This document shows positions 28,150 to 42,071 of a DNA stretch of 64,000 nt, one piece after another (position 1 is the first letter of the stretch; every line of letters begins with the position of its first letter). The stretch lies in NCBI GenBank assembly GCA_964016885.1, contig OZ024754.1, positions 23,560,001 to 23,624,000 of the forward strand, written 5' to 3'. The position numbers and the translations under genes are program-made. The DNA is from Eledone cirrhosa. Its lineage: Eukaryota. The notes beneath the pieces are model-generated. The model was not told the DNA's origin. It was given only the letters and a program-made list of their open reading frames with translations, and searched no databases.

Positions 28150-29199
28150 ACTACATCCCTGCTATCCCACTACATCTCTTGTGTACCTAAGATCTGCATT
28201 GTGTACATTTTATAGAATTTATGCCAGTTCCTTTTCTGCATATTGAACATGGCCATTTCGCTGACGGAATAGAGTTTTGTCCTATTTTCTACTCAGCAAC
28301 ACTCATTCGTGACACAAAGTACACCGGCATCATTGCGGACAGACTTAATCCCGATTTGCGCTGACACACTGCCTTGCAATGCGGAACACCGCACGTCTTT
28401 GATCTTCCCGTCGCAGCAGCCTCCCTGCGTGCTAAGTACACCTGACGTCTAGCTTCTCTCTTAGTGGCTGTATATTCTTCTCTACACCCACTATTTTTCC
28501 ACGCATTCCATGCTAGTGTTTAGTCTGTAATGGCCCTATCTACCGTGCTGTCCCACCACCATGTTACTCTCTGTCTGGTTGGAGCTCTGCTCCAGCCACA
28601 AGTTTCATCAGTAGCCTGCAGTAAGTTGTCACGTAAGAAATTCCAGTTATCATCTATGTCATACGACTCTATATCGTCTTCTTTTTCGTCATACACATCT
28701 TGAAGGGCTTTCCTAAATTTGTATTCGAATGAAAGGTCTTTTAGCTTTCAGACCTTTCTTTTTTCCACACCTTTCTGTATGTCTCATTTAGTCTCTTGCT
28801 TACTGAGATATCACTAACGACTAACCTGTGCTGTGGGGTACATTCTTCCCCGGAGTATGCCTTGGTGTTTGACACCATCTGCCTGTCCTGCCGCCTAACT
28901 AGCAAGAAGTCAATCTGGCTTATGTGCTTGCCTGATTTGTAGGTTATTAGGTGGTTGGCAGGTTTCTGGAAGTTAGTGTTGCAAATTGTTAGTGCACTTG
29001 CATCGCAACATTCAAGAAGTCTCACTCCTTCATTTCTTAAGCCGTAAGCGTGCCCACCATGTACCTCAGTGTAACCATCCTGGAGCTGTCCAGCCTGACC
29101 ATTGAAGTCCCTTGCTAGCATAACGATGTCTCCGTCCTCTGTCATTGCGGCTGTTTGTAAAAGTTGCTTGTAAATGTAGTCTTTCTTTTCTTTACCTAG
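28150..29199 (-). mobile_element. RTE (BovB-like) LINE fragment: AP-endonuclease and linker
   Basis: DFNG..G, VHGGHAYGLRNEG, ICNTNFQKPANHLITYKSG..SQIDFL, PQHRLVVSD. Confidence 0.88.
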
Positions 29200-29220
29200 C
29201 AGTAATCTCTTGCCTACAAT

Positions 29221-29316
29221 TAACCCTAACCGTAACCCTAACCCTAACACTAACCCTAACAATAACCCTAACACTAGCCATAACACTATCCCTAACACTA
29301 GCCCTAACGCTAACCC
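29221..29316. repeat. Degenerate (CCCTAA)n telomere-like tract
   Basis: About 16 hexamers: taaccc taaccg taaccc taaccc taacac... Confidence 0.85.
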
Positions 29317-29890
29317 AGGCAGGCCTAGGTAAAGAAGAGAAAGACAAAAGAAGGAGTGATGCTTCTTGAATTTTGTCATGCAAGTGTACTAACCATTTAC
29401 AACACTAACTTCCAGAAACCTGCCAACCACCTAATAACCTACAAAGCACAGAAGCCAGATTGACTTCTCGGTAGTTAGGCAGCGAGACAGACAGATGGTG
29501 TCAAGTGTCAGGCTGTGCCTCGGGGAGGAATTTTCCCCACAGCATGGGTTGGTCGTTGGTGATGTCTCGTTGATCCTGAGATGGAGTGAGACGTGCAGGA
29601 GGGTGTTGGGGGTAGCTAGGAGACATTTCACTGAAGTGCAAGTTTTGGAGGGCCCTTCAAGATGTGTGTGGGGGGAGGGGACGATTTAGAGTCGTGTAAC
29701 ATGGATGCTGGCTGGAGTTTCTTGTGTGACAGCTTGCTGCGGGATGCCGATGGGACTTGTGGCCGAGGCGGGGCTCCGGCCGGATGGAGGGTGGCCTGGT
29801 AGTGGGGCGAGGTGGATGGGGCTATTGGAGGCGAGAGACTAACATGGAATGCTTGGGAAAATGGTGCCATTAGAGAAGGATGTACAGCCG
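29314..29890 (+). mobile_element. Second, deleted copy of the same RTE endonuclease region in opposite orientation
   Basis: QAGLGKEEKD..NTNFQKPANHLITYK..PQHGLVV. Confidence 0.8.
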
Positions 29891-29974
29891 CTAAGGTAAT
29901 AGATAGGTAAATAGATAGACTGATGCACAGATATCTAGATAGATACATAGATTGATAGAGAGTATCATTATTAT

Positions 29975-30454
29975 CATCATCATCATTTTACGTCTGCTTT
30001 TCCCTGCTTGCGAAGGTGGGACGGATCCTATTCAGCACAGCATCTCTCCACTTGTCACGGTCCTTCGCCATTTCCTCCGTGAGCTTCAGCGATCTGAGGT
30101 CTGCTCTCACCACCTTCGCTCATGTTTTTCATGGTCTTCTTCTACTGCGTCTTCCTTCTACTGGGATTTCTTGGCACTTCTTTACCCAGCGCTCATCCTC
30201 CATGCGCATCTCATGTCCATACCATCTCAGTCTTCTCTCCTGCACACCACAACTTATCCCTCTTAAACAGTTTTTTTCTCAAGTCGTCTCTGCTTGGTCG
30301 TTCACGCACATTGACATTGCACATCCAACAGAGCATGCTTGCTTCATTTCTCTCCAGTCATCGCATATCCTCTGCAGTTGCTGCCCATGTCTCACTACCA
30401 TGCAGTATCGCGCATCTCACGTATATGTATATATATGTATATATGTATGTATAT

Positions 30455-30486
<32 letters not shown>

Positions 30487-31185
30487 TTCTCGCTTCCTCT
30501 TATTTTCACTCACTTCTCCGCTAGCTCACTTCCGCCCTCGTCCGCCACTGTCTCTTCTCTCACTCACACTGCTACAGTGAATGCGTATCTTTTTTTCTCA
30601 TCAAACCCGCCAGAACTTATGTTCGAAATGAGTTGTTCACTTGATTTTTTCCTCTCTTTTGGTTTCTTCACCCTTCGTGTCTGTTTACATTTTTCTCTCT
30701 ATCTCCCCCCTTTTTTATCCCAATAACTTATTTTAGTTATGGTTCTCCCTAGGCTGAGGTATCTTGTCTCTAACGCAAAGAAATACCTATGATTCCTAGT
30801 AGACAACTGACGATGGATATTGCCCTCTTTTGCCCGTAACTTTTCTTTTCTTTATATTTAATTGCAACCACACAGCTCGCCATTTTATTCACATAGTTTC
30901 CTTCTCCGCTGAGTTTTGTCCACTGTTCTACTCATCAACACTTTTGTCTTGGCTAGGTTCACTCTCAGTCCTCTTAATTCCAACTGCTGTTTCCATAGCC
31001 AGAATTTATTCTCGAGCTCCTCTACTGATTCTATTGTCAGCATCGATAAGTTTCTACGGACAGGATGTACTCTTACTTGTATCTGGAATTCCTCACTAAA
31101 CTCCATTCCTACCCCCACTTTACTGACAGCACCTCTGTACAAAGCTTGCACTGTCCTCACAAGCCATTCCTCAACACCTACACCG
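29975..31185 (-). mobile_element. RTE LINE RT/3'-end fragments, interrupted at 30420-30890
   Basis: GVEEWLVRTVQALY, GLRVNLAKTKV. 3' end with GRRSRRRP and a (GAT)n tail. Confidence 0.8.
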
Positions 31186-31369
31186 AAACCAACCCAAACC
31201 ACAGCGTGAGAGTGTTCTGTTATTATTTCTTGCAATATTTATAACAATATGACCCTCCCCTGGTATAACTATCTCTCTCTATATATATATTGTCATACAA
31301 ATATGTATCACTGCATTATCAATAAAGGACTTTAACATCTGAAAGTATTTTGCATTTTATCATTATATT

Positions 31370-33167
31370 TATATAGTAATAATAATAAATTTGAAGACTA
31401 AAATCCAAAGAGGGCTCGAAAAGGACCGTAGAGCAAATATAGTAAATTTTTTATAGAAATACCATTAAAATTTCTTACTCTACGACTCCTAACCTTGTAC
31501 ATAACATCACAGCTTCAAATTTAGCTAAATTACCTAGCCGTAGGAACACGTGCAACCCTGTAGCTAGTACTAACTGTAATTGTAGGAATCGAATTTGACT
31601 GCCCCCTATCCGGGAAATGTCTCTCTAGTAACATTGTCTACAAATGTAAAGTTGAAACACCCACGTCCTGTAGGGCCTACATAGGGTTAACTGCCAATAT
31701 AATTCAAGCAGCGTCTTTACATGCATACCCATTCTTTTCTTAACCCTTTAAGAAGGAATATGACGTCACTTTCAGCTTATATCTGGAGTCTAAAAGACAA
31801 CCACACCCAATAGCTAAGGCTAGATCGTATAACGGAAATAAAAGACCATGTGACATCTCAAACAAAAAAATCTGAGGCAATTTCGGCTTAAATTGCACAA
31901 AACTTTCCTGTATTTCAGCCCCACATTATACCCTAACGGATAGTACGAACTATACGCGGATATTTAACGTCTTGATGTGGTAGTTAAGTATATGTTATGT
32001 TTATACCATTACTTATTTGTATAGGTAAGTATATATAACCTGTATGTTTTGTGAAGGTACGTATACTTTCTCGTACGTATATTTGCTTGTATATGTTATA
32101 GGCGTATATATTATATTATATATACTGGTACATGTGCATATGGTTATGTGTGTACGTGAGTTCTGCGTCTGTGTGTCTATGGGGGTTTGTACGTATGTAG
32201 GGTGTGTGTGTATGTGTACTTTGTGTTTTGGTTGACGTACGTTTAGCGTACATATGTGTATGTGTGTGCGCGCGTTATATACGTATTTATGTGTGTATAT
32301 TTATATACGTTTATATAATTATATGTATACACACACACACAAATATATATATATCTTATATGTATTTTTATGTGTTTGGTGTATACGTTCGTATGTGTGC
32401 GGGTACAGGCGTTGCGTGGGTTCTGTATGTGCGTGCGTGTTTTTTGTGTTCGTGCTTGATTTTGCATACCCATGGCGGGTGTTTTCGCGTATGCTGTGTA
32501 GTATATGGATGCGTGCATGTATATATTTAATTTTTGTTGATTTCAATTACCTCTGTAAATTATTTACATTTTTCTTAACTCTGAAGCCGAGAATCATTCG
32601 GTTTCCTAAATAGGATTTTAGTCTACGACTTCAGTTATACCATAAACCTTGTTTTGTCTTTGCGTGTAATTGTTCTTAGCACTCCACATAATGACGTATT
32701 ATCTTCGTTTTTCCGTTCATTTCCAGAGAACGTCTCCACGAACCACCCAATAGAATATTAGTCTTCGACTTCATTTATACCATAAACGTGGTTTTGTCTT
32801 TGCGTGTAATTGTTTTCACCGCTCCAAATAATTGTTTCTACTTTAGGCATAAGGCCAGCAATTACCCAGTGCATTACTGGTACTTTATTTTATCGACCCC
32901 GTAAGGATGAAATGCAAAGTCAACCTCGGCGGGATTTGAACTCAGATCGTAAAGGGACTTAACTATGGTGGAAAGCATGGCCCTTCGTTTTTTTCCGTTC
33001 TTTGCCAGGGAACGTTTCCACGAACCAAAGTATCGTCTTCCTATCTTCCTTCGGTTGCAACGTTTTTCGAAATATTTACTTCTGCGTTCACAGATTGATT
33101 TTTTTAGTTTCAGAAGATCCCGTTAAGGGTGAAAGCAGCGATTCTTTGCTTAAACTTTAATCTCTTA

Positions 33168-33172
<5 letters not shown>
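31370..33172 (+). mobile_element. 5'-truncated PLE family A (inverted tail, GIY-YIG remnant, pLTR; SINE at 32829-32983 minus)
   Basis: Colinear with 3440-4735 and 335-735. Confidence 0.9.
33106..33156 (+). ncRNA. Family A hammerhead variant (CAGAAGA core)
   Basis: agttt CAGAAGA tccc gttaa gggt GAAA gca..tgc TT aaact. Confidence 0.7.
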
Positions 33173-33713
<541 letters not shown>

Positions 33714-33764
33714 TTATATATATGTATATATATACACACCGAGAGAGATATATATTTATATATA

Positions 33765-36120
33765 CTAGCAGAAGAACTTCCCTTCGGGCGGTTTTCTGCT
33801 AGTATATATAGACTTCTTAAGTTTTTGTAGTGTCCCTTTTCTAGCAGTTAAAAAGAAACTGAAATGCATTTCAACTAAAAGAGAGTGATAGCTGTTTCAC
33901 ATCACTGTAGAATTTCTTTATAGACACAGTTGTCAGCAAACAGACACCTTTCATTTAATATTTTTATATTTTCTTTTTTTTGTAACTCGTGAGAAGAATT
34001 ATTGGTAGATAAGTCTTCCCTTGTGCCTTTCATCAGAATCCTCTGCATTAATTAACTGTTGATTTGATGTCATCTATGGTTTCCACATAGTCCCAGAGAT
34101 AGGATCTCTTCATGGTTGTTTCAACTATTTGTGGTCTAGCACCGTGACATACAACTGGAAGAATTTGGTTTTAGTCACCAGATATCACTAAATGGATTTT
34201 GCAATCTCGAACATCTTTGAAGCTCCTGTCATGGCATTGAAAGATATGCTTATGTCCCATACCTATCTCATCAATGATTATCAGGTCAGCTTGCTGCATT
34301 TGCATTCAAGCAGAAAATTCTGCCTTCATTTTCATTTACAGAGGTAATTACTTTGAATCCTCAGCAACTGGTTATTTTTCACAATGTTGGAAGAAGTTCA
34401 TTTATTTATGTTTGCTTTGCTTACAGTTGATATTGAAGTCTTTGTTGGATCTTCTGTAGGACAATCTGCACGGTTTGCATGGACATGACTTGCTCATGAC
34501 GTTCATGCATGATATCATCTGCAAGACAATTCTTCCATTTCTCCCAGAACTGCAGAGGGTCATTTGGCATGCTGTACAATGAAAAGGTGCAGAAGATCTG
34601 TGGCAGCTGAGGACCAAGCGTAATGGATGAGGCATCTTCCATAGCTTTGTCTTTTTCTCCATCTTCATCCAACAGACTAAGTTAATCTTTGTATGAAGTT
34701 GACCCAGCCTTGTGATGTAGGATCATTCTGAGGTAATATAATTCAGATTGATGTCTACTGAGAATGCGTCCAAGAGATTCACTCCTAAATTGTTGATCAC
34801 CATCCAGATGTCCCTTTTTTTCTTTGGCACCTTTTGTTTGTCCAAGTGAAATATTTAGGAATATCAATATACAATATGTCTTGTTCCAGCGGGTCTCTAA
34901 TATTCAGTTGAAAATATTCCGTGAACTTAGTCATTGGCTGTCCCCTAGAAATAACTCTTTCTTCCTGCCCTCGCTCATACACGACCATTTGTTCCCCGGG
35001 TAAATGGCAAGGCAACTTTCCAGAATGCTTCACTGGCTGAGATGTACCGTGCATTCATATAGGTCTCAATTTCATTCTGGGCATGGACACAATTTCCTCG
35101 ATCATCCTTAATAGTGAAAGTGATTTTGTCTGATCCTTTTGTGATGTACTTATAAGTACTTAACAGCCTTGACACTGTAGACAACCTCACTATTGACCAT
35201 GCTGTCTATCCCTTCTTCTATACTTTGAAAAGGAACTTTCGGCAACAAATGCGGTTTGTGTGAATGCCTTGGGATAACTTTTCGAGTATTGGCATTGTTG
35301 TCCTAGCCCTTCCATACATGAGCACATCGTATTAGCTTGTCCACATGGGCCATGAATGTTGCAGGATGTGGATGATCTTCTGCAAAATTTGAATCTCACA
35401 GTACACTACCTGATCAATGGCATCAGCAGTTTTGGGCTTGCTATCTTCAGCCATTATCAGCAGAATATGAGCATGAGTGAGGCTTCGTTTCTGCCACTCT
35501 ATTGTAGCAGAACGAACCACAAATTTTCCTAGGACATTTTCTTTTTCAGTATGTCATCCACGAGGCTGTCATACTTGATCTTGAAGACTCTTGCACAAAT
35601 ATCAGGACGGTCTCTAGGTTCTTGACCAGGGTGCAAACTATTTTTTGTTTCATCCCAGTTAGAGTTAGTTGTTACCGTGATGAAATAAGACCGCTTTCCC
35701 ATGTGTCGAACCATTGTCATCGAATTCTGAAAGCACTCACTGTAGAAGCGAGGGGAACCATAGATTGAAGGTGGAAGAACGATTCTCTGGCCTTCATTTA
35801 CTGAATCTCCTTCAGCCACAGCATCATACAAACCCTCATACTTTTCAACTCACATCACGGTTCGATTGTTGCAGGCCCATTTGAGGCGACAATGTTCTAT
35901 TTTTGCCTGGGCATCTACAGCATATTGCTGCATCAGCCACCTGCTCTTCACGATAATGTTACAGTCACCTTGCCTAACCTGAAACCGATAACAGTAGAAA
36001 CCAGTGGGTGTGAGTGTGTGGTTGTTGTCAATCCTTTTCAAACCAACCCGAAACCCATCATTCCCCCAAGGAAACAGTAGCACAGGATAATATTCACATT
36101 TTCAGAGACTGGCATTCCAA
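33765..36120 (-). mobile_element. Decayed Helitron
   Basis: LLFPWGNDGF, LPPSIYGSPRF, IEWQKRSLTHAHILL, YKYITKGSD, ARYISASEA. 3' hairpin (cccttcggg) plus CTAG at 33765. Confidence 0.85.
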
Positions 36121-36533
36121 TGACTGCCTTGAAGCTTCTTATATGATAAATGTTACCTATGATCTTAAATGTGGGACTAAATTCTAGCTTTCTCTCACCC
36201 CCCCCCCCCCCTCTCTCTCTCTCCCATACTCTGACATAAGATTATATAATTCAGCATTGTGGCTCTCTGTAAAATGTGAAAAGAAAGGCAACGTTTTAAC
36301 TGACATATAATTAGATGTATGTATTTATGCCATGTGCGTTAATTTATCTGATCTGTTACAAACACAATTCTCAGGGCGAAACAGATTAAATTTCTAATCT
36401 GTCCGGGAGATGAAATAATTATTGAAACGGTGTGTACATTTTACTCTTTATCCCGTATTTTCTGTTTGGTCGCACAAGGTGAAATATTCATTCGTGTAGC
36501 TTTTAGTTTAATGTGTTTGTCACATTTTATCTT

Positions 36534-36621
36534 ATCTCTCGCTGATGATGCCTACAGATTATCTGTTACAAACACAATTCTCAGGGCGAAACAGATTAAA
36601 TATTTAATCTGTCTGGGAGAT
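36534..36621 (+). ncRNA. Type-I hammerhead ribozyme in a 210-nt tandem unit
   Basis: atctctcg CTGATGA tgcc..ggc GAAA cagattaaa ta tttaatctg TC tgggagat. The upstream partial copy has its GTC at 36401-36403. Confidence 0.85.
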
Positions 36622-36701
36622 GAAATAGTTATTAAAACGATCTGTACATTTTACTCTTTATCCTGTATTTTCCATTTGCTTCAGGTTAAATCTGTCAAAC
36701 C

Positions 36702-36828
<127 letters not shown>

Positions 36829-36948
36829 AAAATTAAGATAGATTAAAAGAATTCAATCAGAATCGAAATTATGGGTGTCAATCCTTAACGGAATGCGCCA
36901 TATCGCCCAGAAAATAAGCTCTAGGACTTTGTAAGTACGAGCATTTTA

Positions 36949-37023
36949 ATAACTAGGAATTGATCAACATATATATAAATAAATATTATTTATTTATATA
37001 TATGTTGATCAATTCCTAGTTAT
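36949..37023. repeat. 75-bp hairpin palindrome abutting (TA)n
   Basis: ataactaggaattgatcaacatatatataaataaat att atttatttatatatatgttgatcaattcctagttat. Confidence 0.9.
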
Positions 37024-37942
37024 ATATATATATATATATATATATCTCCCTCGTTCTCTCTGTTTCTCCTACTTTCTTTCGCCCCCTCTGTCATGTCAGT
37101 TAACTCTTCCTCACACTTCCACTCACTCACTCACTGTTTCTCCTCTTCTCACTTCACCCCGTTCGCGATGAATACATTTTCTCTCTTTCTCACATTTGGA
37201 TTCATCTCGAAAGGTCTTTTTTCTAAGCGCTCATATATTCACCTAGCTTATGCTAACAGAATAACTATGTAGCTTGTTCCCTTCCTCTCTACGGTTAGCT
37301 CTCCTCTTGTTGTTTACTTGTCTCACTCGCTTTACGCGTTTTAATTGTCCTAATAACTTAATTTAGTTATTATTGCACCGACGTGAGGTATATGATTTTT
37401 AATGCAATGAAATATCTATGATCGTCGGCAAATCACTGATGAGGGACTCATTTTATTACATGTTATCCATGTGCAACCTGCAGTATTCTTCTCCCCATTT
37501 TTTCACATATATATATATATATGTGTGTGTGTGTTGGTTTGACAGATTTGAGGGCGACTGGCCGAGGTGAAAGCAGCTAGTTGGTCAGTCGTCCTCTCTG
37601 TCTCTAATTTTTCGGACCCATGGTTTTTTACATATTCATTTGTTATATTTCGAATACCTGATGATATCACCGGATTCATATGGAACCCGGTCATTGAAAT
37701 GATCTTAGTATAATAAACCGTTCAAGGATTTACACCAATCCAGCCTCCTGTTATTTTATTTATATATGTTTCCCTATTCCAACGGCTTAATTTAAATATA
37801 CTGTTTTTAAACCTTTCCAACACTAATTTGCATAATAAACCAACAATAAATATAATAACTCCACTATCAAGGAGATTCCAACCAGAATGGTTGCATTTTT
37901 TAAGGGTATGTCAATATTTATTTATAAAACTAACCTATATTA

Positions 37943-38008
37943 TATTTTATCTGATGAAAGCGCACCATAGTTTGCTCTGGTGGCCCTTGAAATATGTATA
38001 ATGAAATA
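37943..38008 (+). ncRNA. Type-I hammerhead ribozyme (family C-related pLTR, to ~38140)
   Basis: tattttat CTGATGA aag.gcacca..tggtg.ccctt GAAA tatgta TA atgaaata. Downstream sequence matches 7370-7510. Confidence 0.8.
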
Positions 38009-38139
38009 AATATGGTTTTATAAATATAGTTTCAATTTGTTAATATATTGTATATTTACTCCAATAATTTGTTGAGTACTTTATATCAGTTATAAAAATA
38101 TTTTGCTTGTTGTATCCCAACAAATTAAGTATAACCTCT

Positions 38140-38228
<89 letters not shown>

Positions 38229-38478
38229 TATATTGTCCTGGGTATGACATTAAACTACATCCAGTGGCAAGGCTCAAGTTCGGGAGTTCAGGAGAAGTGG
38301 GGAATGTGGAGTTACCCTTTAGTTGTCATAACTCCCAGGTCCGCTCTTGCCCGGAGCAGTGTTACCTGTTAGGGCCCCCTTTATGGGTGAAATAATAAAA
38401 GAACCATGTAGTCGATTTAACAGCATTAGGGTTGTCAAGGCTTATGGGCACTCTGAATGTGAGGACTATTCGGACACT

Positions 38479-38550
38479 GAGAAATACTTCCCTGGAGCTA
38501 AGAAGACCCCGCCCGAAAAGAGGCCTGACCCAGTGGTGCCAAACCAAAAG
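38479..38550 (+). pseudogene. Truncated duplicate of the AFG3L2-like exon
   Basis: EKYFPGAK..AAG|gtatg, with a 1-nt indel relative to 39369-39441. Confidence 0.4.
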
Positions 38551-39254
38551 GTATGCTTTCTCTCTTTCTCTCTCTCTCGCATACACTTAATGTTAAAAGA
38601 AAGACAAGCTTTGAAGTGACAAATAATTAGATACATTGATACGACGCGTCGCCCTCATATCATGTATCTGTATGGCTGTCTATCTGAACTTTCTAAATAA
38701 AACACACCCACACCTAACAAGGGAGAGAACCAAATAGTTAAATTATAGAGTAGCCTAACTTGAGATTTTAATTTTTTCCAGTTTCTTCATACACAAATGT
38801 TTCTGGATCTGTGTTTTTGTGTGTGTGGACATATGTATATATATATAGAGAGAGAGAGAGAGTGAGTGAGATAGATAGATAGATGGACAGGGCTGTCTCA
38901 CATAGGAGGTTTCCCGGTTGTTGTAATGATAGACCCCAGTTCTATCACGAAACACTTGAAATGAAGCAACTGGCTTAATAATACAATGTGCTGCCTGACC
39001 TAGGGTTTGATCTTATGACCTTATGTTTATGAGTGCAACACACTAACTATTGAAGCACCACCATCACATACTGAACCTACATTAGAACACTACCACACAC
39101 TACAGCACTACCAGACACTACAACACCGCCATACTACACTACCACCATCACACTACATCACCACCAACACCACCATTCTATATATTCAGATATATATCAT
39201 ATCTACCCCACCTTTAACCCTAGCCCTTTATAACCCTTAAAATCTCTATTTCAG

Positions 39255-39441
39255 ATATATCGTCATTCCTACGTTACCTCTAAATATGTAACGGCTTCAC
39301 CACGGTCGTTGTTGTCCCTAATGAAGGACTGGGCTCTGCTACGCAACAGCAATGTACCAGAGGGTTTTGAAAAATACTTCCCTGGAGCTAAGGAGACCCT
39401 GCTGCGAAAAGAGGCCCGACCCAGTGGTGCCAAACCAAAAG
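39255..39441 (+). CDS. Candidate exon resembling the N-terminus of the m-AAA protease AFG3L2
   Basis: tctctatttcag acceptor, AAAG|gtatgt donor, 62 open codons. ..NVPEGFEKYFPGAK resembles the PPKGFEKYFP motif of AFG3L2 (from memory, not searched). Confidence 0.5.
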
Positions 39442-39619
39442 GTATGTTTAATCTCTCTCTCTCTCTCTTCTATAGACTTCTATAAGGTCATATAAGTCAA
39501 CATTGTCTCATTTCTAAAATGTGAAAAGAAAGGCAATGTTTTAACTGACATAATTAGATAGATACGCCGCGCACTCATATCATCTATATATATATAAGAC
39601 TGTAGTTGTGTGTGTGTGT

Positions 39620-39760
<141 letters not shown>

Positions 39761-40122
39761 GGTGTGTGTGTGTGTGTGTGTGTGTCTCTCCTCATTTTTG
39801 CAAAGTCTATACAAATCCACATTTATACCCCGATTGACTTCAAACTTGCATTTATATATTCCTTGCGGTCTAAAGATACTAACTGCAGCGTATATTTTTC
39901 AATTTTCTGTTGTTAAAGGGGTGTTAGGCGCCGGTTACCGATCTCCGTCGAACTCTTATAATATCTGTCTGTATGCCTGGCTGTCTGCATAACGACAATA
40001 TGACCAAAACGTCATTGCTGACGTATTATCTTCGCCACATTCACACTCACACACATATACATATATATATACACATATATACATATACACACCCATATAT
40101 ACACACATACATATATATATAT

Positions 40123-40669
40123 ATATTATAATTGAATATAAAAGAAAAACGAACACAGATATATACATATATGTGTTCAAATCGTAAGGGATCAGATTCG
40201 CTAAGGTGAAAAGAATACTAACTATAGACAATAGGGTTTGCCTGTCTCAATTTAAGAAAAAATCAAGAAAATAAATACAAACCTGACCTGCTATCTTTAG
40301 TGGCGTGAGTTTGTGAGACACGCTAAGTTCAGATACCATGTGCGTTATTATATATACGCACACTATTCAGTTTTTTAATATACATAGAAGTGTCCAGGAT
40401 ACTAATTCTTCATCCACTGATGAGCAAGAATTGGTATTCCTATTCACAATTAATTTTGCGAAACAGCATTACCAAAGCTGTCTGGGTGATTGGTAGTTAG
40501 CACAATTCCAGTTTGTATTTATTTTCTTGATTTATTCTTAAATTGAGACAAGCAAACCCTATTGTCTATAGTTAGTATTCTTTTCATCTTAGCGAATCTG
40601 ATCCCTTACGATTTGAACACATATGTATATATCTGTGTTCGTTTTTCTTTTATATTTAATTATAATATA
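40123..40669. mobile_element. PLE-type pLTR with ~155-bp inverted arms (40123-40282/40511-40669) around a hammerhead
   Basis: Arms are reverse complements; the HHR lies in the spacer. Confidence 0.8.
40410..40489 (+). ncRNA. Canonical type-I hammerhead ribozyme (GUC site at 40480-40482)
   Basis: tcatcca CTGATGA gcaagaattg..caatt..ttttgc GAAA cagc attaccaaa gctg TC tgggtga. Confidence 0.9.
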
Positions 40670-40839
40670 CGGCTCGGAAAAATCTCTTTCCTAGAGCTAT
40701 TTTATTGTAAGAGACTATTTTGAGTTTCTAACTCAATATATACCTTCGATATATATATATACACATACATATACAAACACATATACACACATATATATAT
40801 ACACAGATATACTTATATATATATACACATAAAAATCTA

Positions 40840-41066
40840 TCTAGGGCGGGTAAAATTCCCGAGATCCATAGACGAGTTCTCTCCAGCAGTCTCTGTCCCT
40901 CATTATCGCTGCCATGTCCTGCGTCTCCAACAGATCAGTCAGTGTCTGTCCTTAGGGCATCAACATATGTTAAGTTTGGTCTTCCTCTTCCAGTGTGTCC
41001 ATGCAGGGGCTCCCACAGGAGCACTGAATGCAGTGTCAACTCTGGATGTCGGTGAGCATGTCCAGT
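40840..41066 (-). mobile_element. RTE LINE 3' end
   Basis: Matches 33227-33450. Confidence 0.85.
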
Positions 41067-42071
41067 TCGCGAGTTTTTAACAGGCACTCACAAATAAACG
41101 TTTCTCATTGGAGGTGCTATTACCAATGTTCTTATCCGCGCAGCGCCGGGATACACTGCTAGTGTGTCTGTATGGCTGAATGCCTGAACTTAATAGCTAA
41201 ATAAAAGACACCCACACCCAACAAGGGAGATAACCAAATGGTAAAATATAGAGTTACTTCCCTTCAAATTATATTTTCTATCTTGAAATTATATTTTCTA
41301 CTCTTAAAAGGTTCTTAATATATAGAAAAACATTTTTTTGGAATTGTATTTACTAGTATAGAGAGAGAGGAAGAGGAATTAGAAAGTGAGGGGACAGACG
41401 GAGTAGTATAGAGAGAGAGGAAGAAGCAGAAGAATTAGGAAGTAGAGTGACAAACTGAGATGGAGGAAGAGGTAGAGGTGGAAGGATTCCTCGATCAGTT
41501 TTGATTCGTAGACTTCATGTCGTCGATTTACAGTGTAGGTAGTTAAAGAGAAATCAATTGTTTATAGTGGGAGGGATTATAGAGAGAGAGAGAGGGGGGG
41601 GGGGGATAGAGAGATAAATATATATATATATATATAAAATAAAAATAAAAATAAAGAAGTATAACAATATATATATGTGTCGTTTGGTTGCTAGGATGCA
41701 TCCATAGGCAGTATGCCGGTTGAGCACTCTATACTCCTACGGAGCAGAGTATGATCAAATGGAAAACGAAGAATCAGGGATGCATCGGAACTCAATTTAT
41801 TACGTACTAGCAAATGACCCCCGTCCATTGGACGGTGACAATTCTTGGTAGGGCTGCAATGTTAATGGTCAATTTCCGTGTTGTATGTTTAACTTGGAGG
41901 ATAATTTTACCTGATCAACTCTATCAATAAAAAAAAAATGAGACGGTATTCAAAAAGAGCAAGTTTTATTTACAGATGTGTCATTAAAATGTGAACATAG
42001 AGAAATGTATCGTTAGCCGTGTCGGTTGAACAATGTGTAATTTTTTTTATTAATAACCGAAATACAAACAG

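Noticed and set aside
29179-29345. MITE with 21-bp TIRs around telomeric repeats
   Set aside because: The apparent TIRs are LINE endonuclease coding sequence from two opposed copies.
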